Shown: piece by piece, positions 1 to 7,195 of the stretch
Position numbering within the stretch: position 1 is the first letter of the stretch
How the letters are laid out: each line of letters begins with the position of its first letter
Origin: a virus
Length of the DNA: 64,000 nucleotides
Direction: 5' to 3' (one strand)
Virus record (IMG/VR): IMGVR_UViG_3300045044_000056
Span: 11,262-75,261 of that record
The notes under the pieces: generated by a model
What the model saw: the letters and a program-made list of their open reading frames with translations, nothing else
Told to the model about the DNA's origin: nothing
Database searches by the model: none
Position numbers and translations under genes: made by a program

Positions 1-310
1 TCACCTGGTTCTGCGTGAACCCCTGGATGGTGATGTGGTCAAGATTAGTATGGAAGTTGGTCCAGGTATCATGCCCGTCGTTGGCTGCCAGCACCAAGTT
101 GATCGAGCCCGCGCCGTTGTTGACGATGGTGTCATTGGCGGGGCCGGAGTTGATCTGGCCGTTAGTGGTGACGCCAGCCTTGACCAGTACGTTGTGATCA
201 AAGTTGGCGGTTTCGTCTACCAGGTAGTCGCGCCCATTGAGCGCATGCGCCATGATCGTAATGCTGGACTGCGGATGCTTGCCGATGTCGGACCATACTG
301 CCGTTGACAT
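1..310 (-). CDS. RTX/serralysin-type Ca-binding-repeat-like protein, 5' part only (runs off window start)
   Basis: Not in the ORF track; read by hand from ATG at 310 with AAGGGA upstream: MSTAVWSDIGKHPQSS...GPANDTIVNNGAGS...DGHDTWTNFHTNLDHITIQG. The last segment resembles the GxDTIxDFxxGxDxIDL motif. Confidence 0.5.
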   Translation of the reverse strand, partial: MSTAVWSDIGKHPQSSITIMAHALNGRDYLVDETANFDHNVLVKAGVTTNGQINSGPANDTIVNNGAGSINLVLAANDGHDTWTNFHTNLDHITIQGFTQNQV

Positions 311-354
311 GGTAGTCTTCCCTTGTGCCCCAAGGGTTACCCCATCATTGCTGT

Positions 355-795
355 TTAGCCGTGGAAAACGCTGTCGTTCTTGTGCGGCTGCGCCTTGCTG
401 GCCCAATCCTGCACGGCAGGCTGCAGTTTCTTGATCCAGGCATAGGCCTGCGTCAGCGGGATGTTCTGCCGGTCCTTGAGCCACAGCGCCAAGGCCAGTG
501 GACTGGGACCGAGCCCGGTCAGGTCGTGCAGCAGCACCTGCGCGCTGCCGCTCCACACCCCCATGATCAGGCGCTCGATCTGCGTCAGGTTGGTCTGATT
601 GACGAAGCCGTCGGCGTTGAGCAGCGGCAGCCAATGGCAGCGCTTGTCGTCGGTGTGCGACCGGGCATCGCAGTTGATGCATAGAAACTGAATGCTGTTG
701 CGCGCGCTGTTGCAGCTCGCATTGGTGCCCAGCCATAACCGTGGCACGATCTGCTCCGCGCCGATCAGAGATCCGGGAACCGGAACGGCCATCAA
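355..795 (-). CDS. Dual-specificity phosphatase-fold protein with degenerate active site
   Basis: QIVPRLWLG N-terminal motif; VLLHDLTGLGPSPLALALWL aligns to VLVHCxxGxxRS; C-terminal AYAWIKKLQP helix. Confidence 0.65.
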   Translation of the reverse strand: MMAVPVPGSLIGAEQIVPRLWLGTNASCNSARNSIQFLCINCDARSHTDDKRCHWLPLLNADGFVNQTNLTQIERLIMGVWSGSAQVLLHDLTGLGPSPLALALWLKDRQNIPLTQAYAWIKKLQPAVQDWASKAQPHKNDSVFHG

Positions 796-807
796 GTCAC
801 CCTTGTT

Positions 808-1901
808 TTACGAGCCACGATAGTCGAGAGTTCCAAAAACCCGGAGCGAGCCACGCCGGATGAGAGCACCATGCTTAAGGAGCGAGCCATAATCGCTGAG
901 AGCACCAAGCCTTAGGAGCGAGCCAATCCTGCGGAGAGCACCAAGAACGATGAGCGAGCCACTCGGCCTGAGAGCGCCACAAGAACGGAGCGAGCCACAG
1001 CCTGCGAGGGCACCATAAAGTGAGAGCGAGCCATGAGCTGTGAGAGCACCAAAGTACGGGAGCGAGCCAACCCGGGAGAGAGCACCAAGAACTGCGAGCG
1101 AGCCATTGTCTTGGAGAGTACCAAAAGTCAGGAGCGAGCCATAAGCCTGGAGAGCACCATCGGCGAGGAGCGAGCCATCGCGGAATGAGAGCACCATGCA
1201 GAGCGAGCGAGCCCATAAATCGGTGAGAGCACCAAACCCGACGAGCGAGCCAGTCCGCGCGAGAGCACCAATGCGGAAGAGCGAGCCATTGATTTGAGAG
1301 AGCACCATATCCGGTGAGCGAGCCACCGCGCATGAGAGCACCAGAAGCGTGGAGCGAGCCAGCTCGGAGGAGAGCACCAAAAACCGGGAGCGAGCCCAAT
1401 GTAATGAGAGCGCCACAAGTGAGGAGCGAGCCATTGTTTGAGAGAGCACCACGTGAAGAGAGCGAGCCAATCGTGCGGAGAGCACCAAAAAGGACGAGCG
1501 AGCCAATGCCTGAGAGAGCACCATAAGGGGCGAGCGAGCCATTGTGTTGGAGAGCACCAAGCGTGTGGAGCGAGCCATTGATGCAGAGAGCACCACGATC
1601 CCAGAGCGAGCCCTTAGGTCGGAGAGCACCAGAGAGCATGAGCGAGCCATCAGCCGAGAGAGCACCATAAGTGATGAGCGAGCCATACTACTAGAGAGCA
1701 CCAGAACCACGGAGCGAGCCAACTTCGGAGAGAGCACCAGATCAGCTGAGCGAGCCAAGGTGAACGAGAGCACCAAAGAAGCTGAGCGAGCCAATTTGAC
1801 AGAGAGCACCAAACCGTCAGAGCGAGCCAAAAGGCTTGAGAGCACCAGCATTGGAGAGCGAGCCAAAAGCAGCGAGAGCACCAAAACTCAAGAGCGCCCT
1901 G
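808..1901 (+). ncRNA. TIGR-like dual-repeat guide array 1 (29 full 36-nt units plus a degenerate leader unit)
   Basis: GAGCGAGCCA and GAGAGCACCA alternate, separated by 8-nt variable spacers, from 844 to 1891 (29x36+4 nt; three small indels near 1180, 1215 and 1295). Degenerate unit at 808-843; terminal partial repeat at 1892. Confidence 0.88.
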
Positions 1902-1905
1902 AACA

Positions 1906-2688
1906 ATGATCTCCTACTCGCATAACTTCGAAGACGTCATCCTGGCCCGCGCGCTCGGCTCGATCACCCACGGCTTCTACATCGACGTCGGCGCCGCAAC
2001 CCCCATCCACTCCTCAAACACCTACGCCTTCTATGAGCACGGCTGGTGGGGCCTCGTCGTCGACCCGCTGTTCCGCCTGTGGCCGCAGTACCGCGCCGAG
2101 TGGGAACGTACCCGCCCGCGCGACCTCCTCGCCGCCGTCGCCGCCGGTAAAGAAACTGGCCACACCGAGTTCTGGGTCGCCGGCCATATGCAGTGCTCTA
2201 CCGCCTCGCCCGAAACCCTCGCCTACTTCCGCAAGCTCGGCTCCCAGATCCCCGACCACGGAACCATCGTCAACGTCTACAGCCTCACCACCATCCTCGA
2301 CGCCACCGCAACCTCAGTCGCAGCCGCAGGCGGCCCCATCCACCTCCTCACCGTCGATGTCGAAGGCATGGAGCTCGACGTCGTCCAAGGCCTCGATCTC
2401 TCCCGCTACCGCCCCTGGATCATCCTCGCCGAAGTCACCAAGCCCGGCACCATCGAGCTGGCACCCCACGCCGCCCCGCTCTACCAGTACCTCTGCGACA
2501 AGGATTACGTCCGCGTCCTGTTCGACGGCACCAACGAGTTCTACCTCGATATCGAGCACATCGAGCTGGCGAAACACTTCAAGCTCCCACTCAACTGCCA
2601 CGACAACTTCAAGCTCTACCGCGAAGTGCTGCTCGAAAACCGCATCAAAGAACTGGAAGAAATCACCAACCCAGCCTTCGGACGATGA
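1906..2688 (+). CDS. FkbM-family SAM-dependent methyltransferase
   Basis: YSHNFED, FYIDVGA, SNTYAFYEHGWWGLVVDP and LLTVDVEGMELDVVQG motifs. Confidence 0.9.
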   Translation: MISYSHNFEDVILARALGSITHGFYIDVGAATPIHSSNTYAFYEHGWWGLVVDPLFRLWPQYRAEWERTRPRDLLAAVAAGKETGHTEFWVAGHMQCSTASPETLAYFRKLGSQIPDHGTIVNVYSLTTILDATATSVAAAGGPIHLLTVDVEGMELDVVQGLDLSRYRPWIILAEVTKPGTIELAPHAAPLYQYLCDKDYVRVLFDGTNEFYLDIEHIELAKHFKLPLNCHDNFKLYREVLLENRIKELEEITNPAFGR

Positions 2689-2909
2689 ACATGGACCGCG
2701 AAACAATCCAGACGTTGCTTGATCTGCTCAACCCGTTGCATGATGAGCTTGATCGGCAAACATATGATGAGAAGGTGCACGAGAACTTCGATGCTCCCCG
2801 CGACCGTGAGTACGAGGTCACGATCACGGAAGCGCATGAGCGCGATCTAACTCAAGCTGTCCTGATCCTAGAAGATCGTCTGCGACAGGCGAGGGCTACG
2901 AGTTCATAG
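2685..2909 (+). CDS. Hypothetical protein (74 aa)
   Basis: ATGA overlap with the FkbM stop; MNMDRETIQTLLDLL... is the plausible part of track ORF 2193-2909. Confidence 0.6.
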   Translation: MNMDRETIQTLLDLLNPLHDELDRQTYDEKVHENFDAPRDREYEVTITEAHERDLTQAVLILEDRLRQARATSS

Positions 2910-3198
2910 AGGCATAAAGGCCCGTGGACATTGATAGAACAGGAGTGGGCGATCCATGGGTGGGCTCCTTTAATTTTGAGCGAGCCGGTTGACTACTAGA
3001 ATAGCCACGATCAGCGCGACCATAACCGCCGCCTTCCATGCGCTGTCCCACGCCACCCGACGCGGCACACCCTGATAGCCGTAGGCAACGGCGTAGCGTT
3101 GCAGACCGGCAAGCGCGGCGATTGCTGCGATCCAGAACATTCAGGCCCTCTTTTATGCCGCGCGGCTACTTCTCCTTTGGGCTGAGCGTCCCCCCCCT

Positions 3199-3795
3199 TC
3201 ACGCCGCCAGCGCCCGCCGCACCGACGCAACACTCACCCCAAACCGCTCCGCTACCCCGCGCAACCCAACACCCCCAGCCCCATACGCCGCCCTGATCTC
3301 TAACGCCTTCGCCGCCCCAATCTCAACAGGCCGACCAATCGCCTTCCCAGATCGCGTCCCCTTCTCCCGCGCCCGCGCCATCCCCGCATTCACTCGCTCC
3401 CGGATGATCTCCCGCTCAAACTCCGCAAATACACCCAACATCTGAAACATCGCTCGCCCTGCCGGCGTCGTCGTGTCCAACCCCTGCTGGTGTAAATACA
3501 GCCCAGTCCTCGTCGCCCGTAAGTGCAACAAAAACGTCGTCAGATCCTGCAAACTCCGACCCAGCCGGTCCACCGACCACGCCATCACCAAATCAAACTT
3601 CCCCCGGCTCGCATCCTTGTGCAGCCGGTCAAACCCAGGCCGCCGCTCGCGACCCTTCGCCCCACTGATCCCAAGATCCTCATAAACCCCAACCACCTCG
3701 TGCCCCAGCCGCGCCGCAACCGCCCGCAGCTCCCGCTCCTGGTTCTCCGTCGTCTGATCCTTCGTGCTCACCCGCAAATACAGTACCGCGCGCAT
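3199..3795 (-). CDS. Serine recombinase (resolvase/invertase family) with C-terminal HTH
   Basis: YLRVST (catalytic Ser), ISGAKGRERRPGF, SVDRLGRS, FAEFEREIIRER. Confidence 0.95.
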   Translation of the reverse strand: MRAVLYLRVSTKDQTTENQERELRAVAARLGHEVVGVYEDLGISGAKGRERRPGFDRLHKDASRGKFDLVMAWSVDRLGRSLQDLTTFLLHLRATRTGLYLHQQGLDTTTPAGRAMFQMLGVFAEFEREIIRERVNAGMARAREKGTRSGKAIGRPVEIGAAKALEIRAAYGAGGVGLRGVAERFGVSVASVRRALAA

Positions 3796-3966
3796 ACCCT
3801 ACCTCCTCCAAATATGGGACCCATTGGCGTATTAGGGTACCGTTTCGCCAGAAGGTCCAACCATGGTTCCAGGAGGGCCCCGAGCGCGCGGCCGACTGGG
3901 GCCCCTGGAAACCTACCGTTTTGGGAATGAACATTGCTCCGCGCACCCTCCAATATGGGCGCGCGC

Positions 3967-4102
3967 TGTGCCAAATGGAAGTCCTTTTGTCACAGGTTAT
4001 TAGAGGCCGATAACTTGTTTATTTTCAAGGGGCTTATAACCGAATTTCAGGGAGGGTTTTGGCACACTTATAATATACCAGAATACCGATAACTAGTTAT
4101 CC
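3967..4102. promoter_or_regulatory. Candidate res site upstream of the resolvase
   Basis: AT-rich. Inverted TGTGCCAAA (3967-3975) and TTTGGCACA (4058-4066); TTATAA at 4034 and 4068; perfect palindrome GATAACTAGTTATC near 4088-4101. Confidence 0.45.
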
Positions 4103-4545
4103 TGACCATCCTCAGATACGACAGCATCTATGACTAATGCAGCTTCGCTATCTGGTAGGCGCGTACCTTTGAAGTCGAGGCGGAATATCTCGGCGCTCGG
4201 CGGCAGCCCGTGCTTGATCAGGTCCTGGTCCAGCTCGGCGACAGACGTGTAGTTGATCTCGGCCCGCGTGATATGCGCATCGATCGCCTTGGGCGTGATC
4301 ATGCCAAGCATGGTGACGCCGTTCCTGATGTCCTTGCGGATAGCGGCCAGCACGAAGCCGACCATTCCATTTTTGCCCTTGCCGTTTTCGCCATATGCGC
4401 AGAGGCCTTCGATGATGGCCTCGCGTGACATGCGGGTTGCGTAGTTTGGTTTGTCCTTGGGGCGACCTGGTCCGCCTTTGCCGCCTTTGACGAAGCCGTG
4501 GCGCTGTTTTCGATATTCTTTTCCGGCGAGCGCGCTGTTGGACAT
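4093..4545 (-). CDS. Probable terminase small subunit
   Basis: N-terminal HGFVKGGKGGPGRPKDKPN motif typical of phage TerS-like proteins; size and strand fit the late operon. Confidence 0.6.
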   Translation of the reverse strand: MSNSALAGKEYRKQRHGFVKGGKGGPGRPKDKPNYATRMSREAIIEGLCAYGENGKGKNGMVGFVLAAIRKDIRNGVTMLGMITPKAIDAHITRAEINYTSVAELDQDLIKHGLPPSAEIFRLDFKGTRLPDSEAALVIDAVVSEDGQDN

Positions 4546-4730
4546 TTTGTTACATTATACGATTTTACCGCTCTTGATGTGTGGTGCTCTCAAAGGCAGT
4601 GGCTCAAAACGAAAAAACGCCCGGGCTGAATTCCAGGCGTTCTTAACCTTCCGGCCGCTTTTTGATGTGCGTGTGAGGCTAGCCAAAATTTTTTGGCGCG
4701 CAAGAGCTTTTCGCACAACCTGGGAAGTTT

Positions 4731-4948
4731 TGCCCCCAGCTGGGCCTCGGGCGCGGCGTCCAGTTAACGGACTGCGCAGCGCCCCCAGTTGCGCGTCAGC
4801 AGGCAATCTGGGGGCGCGTTGCCCCCAGTAATATTGCCCCCAGTTTTTCTTGGGCTACGCCCAAAAAACTGAGGGCAACTGGGGCCGCGCCCTCGCGAGG
4901 TGGGGGCAGCTTCCCCCAGTTTCCCCCAGTTCGCAAATTACTGGGGGC
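4731..4948. repeat. Cluster of CCCC(C)AG(T) iterons in both orientations (origin or packaging-site candidate)
   Basis: At least nine copies (direct at about 4733, 4782, 4822, 4837, 4913, 4923; inverted at about 4808, 4878, 4940), followed by ACACATTATTATATAG. Confidence 0.7.
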
Positions 4949-5065
4949 GACACATTATTATATAGAGCCGGGCTCATTTCGGCTGTTGGTTGGCACAACT
5001 TTTTCGCAGTGCATGCAAACTTTTTACGTGCACTTGACAGAAATTGTGGTCAAAGCGGTTTGCGC

Positions 5066-5368
5066 ATGACCTGGAAGATGCGATTGCCCGAGGAGGAGAT
5101 CGGCGAGATCGTGGGGTGGCACGGTCAGTGGTGTTTACGAGATCGAGGGTTCAAGCCGGAGGGGCAGCCGTGGCGGCGACTGTATTTGCTTGCGCCGGAG
5201 GAGAAGCACTTGCCTAAAGAGAAGCGTAGCAAGCGGCGGAAGCTGGCCTATCATTTTGCGTGGAATGGCGAGCGGCTAAGTCGCAACAGTGATGCTGTGC
5301 AGCTTTTGAAGAATTATCCGGCGGTCCATGCCGCGGTGTTTGAGATGTGTAAGAAGGCATTTAACTGA
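5066..5368 (+). CDS. Hypothetical protein (100 aa)
   Basis: C-terminal part of track ORF 4850-5368 from MTWKMRLPEEE; the stop codon overlaps the first repeat of array 2. Confidence 0.6.
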   Translation: MTWKMRLPEEEIGEIVGWHGQWCLRDRGFKPEGQPWRRLYLLAPEEKHLPKEKRSKRRKLAYHFAWNGERLSRNSDAVQLLKNYPAVHAAVFEMCKKAFN

Positions 5369-5592
5369 GCCAGGAGCGCCGAGAGCACCAGAAGGTCATG
5401 AGCGAGCCACCCCAGTTGAGAGCACCAGGCAATGGGAGCGAGCCACGCCCTACGAGAGCACCAAAGTATATGAGCGAGCCACGCCGGATGAGAGCACCAT
5501 GCTTAAGGAGCGAGCCAGAAACCGGGAGAGCACCAAGCCTTAGGAGCGAGCCACGTCAGTTGAGAGCACCATAAATCGGGAGCGGAGCGAGC
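5363..5592 (+). ncRNA. TIGR-like dual-repeat guide array 2 (about 6 units)
   Basis: Same two repeats: GAGAGCACCA at 5381, 5418, 5454, 5490, 5526, 5562; GAGCGAGCCA at 5400, 5436, 5472, 5508, 5544. Confidence 0.88.
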
Positions 5593-5651
5593 TTAGGCCC
5601 TCTTGCAATTCTCAAGTAATTATTGATAGGCTATTCAAGTAAGCCTTTAAT

Positions 5652-6668
5652 TTGCACGGCTGGGGACTTGGCGTCGCGGTTTTGCGCATGGCCAGGGCAA
5701 GGCGCCAACTGGTTAGCATTGCTGACCCGATTGCATTGGGCCGTGGGTTTGCGGCTGCCGGCGGGCGCTTGGCCACGGAAGGTTTTGAGATCGCCGCACG
5801 GCTGCATGCGGATCTGCGCGAGCAATGGACGACGAAGCCAGTTGGGTTGGGGGTTGCAGAGGCCTTGGCTGGCATGGTTCGGCCGAAGCCGATCCGGGAG
5901 AACTTGGTTAGCTTAGCGATCGAGGCCGAGCGTGTGGGCCGGCTGGCGGTTGCCGGGCTGATGCTGGCGGAGCTGCGGATCTCGTTTGGGCGGGATGCCG
6001 ACTGGAGAGCGTTTGCAGGCCAGCATCTTCCATTTGGGTTGGAGCGTGCTGAGCATCTGATTGGCGCGGTGGTGCACCGCAATTCGATGGCGTACTGTGC
6101 CAAGTGCAAGGCCGGCGTCCGCTGTGAGTGCTCCTGTGGCGTGCCCTATATCCCCGAGGTGCCGTGGGAGCGTGAGCCTGCAGCTCTGCCGGAGCCGGTG
6201 CATTCAAGTTCGGCTTTAGAGCGGGCGCTGGCGGCGATTAAAGCTGAGCCCGGCAAGTCTAACCGGCTGATCGCGAAGGAAATTGGGGTAGCTGACGATA
6301 CCGTTAGGCGTGCTCGCAAAAAATATGAGGCCGATCGCGCACCTGATCGCGCACCTGTACGCGTTGGTGCTGACGGCAAGTCCTATCATCTACCCACGCA
6401 CAGCCAAAGGCACCGAAAGGCACCGCCGCCTGATGATGGCAGCCTAGCGAATGAATTGGTGATTGCGCCGCTGGTGAAGTTCGCGACCGCCTACGTCAAC
6501 ACCATCAATGAATTTGATGACCGCAAGCTGCGCACCGACTTCACGCGCGAGGATCGGGATGCGATCGCGGATACATTTTACTCGATCATGAATGACCTGG
6601 GTTTGCTCGCCCAGCGTTTCAACGACGTCACCCTTGAGCAACATCAGAATGGAGGAATACACCAATGA
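5652..6668 (+). CDS. DNA-binding protein (DUF3102-like segment, Cys cluster, HTH); start uncertain, may be 6087
   Basis: AGLMLAELR...DWRAFAGQHLPFGLERAEHLI; CAKC...CECSC; SNRLIAKEIGVADDTVRRARK HTH; GADGKSY. Confidence 0.6.
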   Translation: MHGWGLGVAVLRMARARRQLVSIADPIALGRGFAAAGGRLATEGFEIAARLHADLREQWTTKPVGLGVAEALAGMVRPKPIRENLVSLAIEAERVGRLAVAGLMLAELRISFGRDADWRAFAGQHLPFGLERAEHLIGAVVHRNSMAYCAKCKAGVRCECSCGVPYIPEVPWEREPAALPEPVHSSSALERALAAIKAEPGKSNRLIAKEIGVADDTVRRARKKYEADRAPDRAPVRVGADGKSYHLPTHSQRHRKAPPPDDGSLANELVIAPLVKFATAYVNTINEFDDRKLRTDFTREDRDAIADTFYSIMNDLGLLAQRFNDVTLEQHQNGGIHQ

Positions 6669-7183
6669 CGCGTTATTACACGGCCCCCGATGGGGTGAAA
6701 TATCCGCTGACTGAAGCGCCCTACTCGATGAGTTTCACAATCTATCGCTCAGACCGCCACAAAGCGCACGCTGGCGATCCGCACAGCTGCCTCATCGCGA
6801 TGGGCATCAAGCGCAACCGCGATGTGAAAGACGTCTTCATTGGAACGGGTCGCGACGCTTACGTGGTGTTCCACGCGCGTGATGATCAACCGGCCCATGC
6901 GGTCCACTTTGTACTGGGGATGACCACGCGTCGGGTCATTGATGCCTTCGATCTCAATAAGCGCGCGACGACCATGAAGATCGAGCTGAAGCGTCCGACC
7001 AAGGGCAGAACCCTGGAGGTGCGACGCACGATGGACAAGAGCCGCCGCCAGAAGATCAAAGACGGTGCGCACACAGTCAAAAAACGCGCCACGCCACAGA
7101 CGAGCCGTATGCGGCGGCTCGGCATCGCCCATCGGCCACGCCCGCAGATCTCCAATGCCGGCAACGTCAGCGCGGCGGAATAG
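6665..7183 (+). CDS. Hypothetical basic protein
   Basis: ATGA overlap with the previous gene; normal codon pattern. Confidence 0.7.
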   Translation: MTRYYTAPDGVKYPLTEAPYSMSFTIYRSDRHKAHAGDPHSCLIAMGIKRNRDVKDVFIGTGRDAYVVFHARDDQPAHAVHFVLGMTTRRVIDAFDLNKRATTMKIELKRPTKGRTLEVRRTMDKSRRQKIKDGAHTVKKRATPQTSRMRRLGIAHRPRPQISNAGNVSAAE

Positions 7184-7195
7184 CCGCACCGTCCA

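Noticed and set aside
808-1884. Long ORFs over array 1 (358 aa ARS/VLS, 254 aa GSL/GAL, 121 aa ERA/EST) and similar ORFs over arrays 2 and 3
   Set aside because: The translations are just the 36-nt repeat read in different frames. They switch motif at indels, and every single motif frame contains stops somewhere in the array.
808-1901. CRISPR array
   Set aside because: Two alternating 10-nt repeats with 8-nt spacers are far too short for CRISPR, and no cas genes are visible.
2193-2684. 5' extension of the 2193-2909 ORF
   Set aside because: It is an Arg/Pro-rich alternate frame of the FkbM gene; the real start is at 2685 (ATGA overlap).
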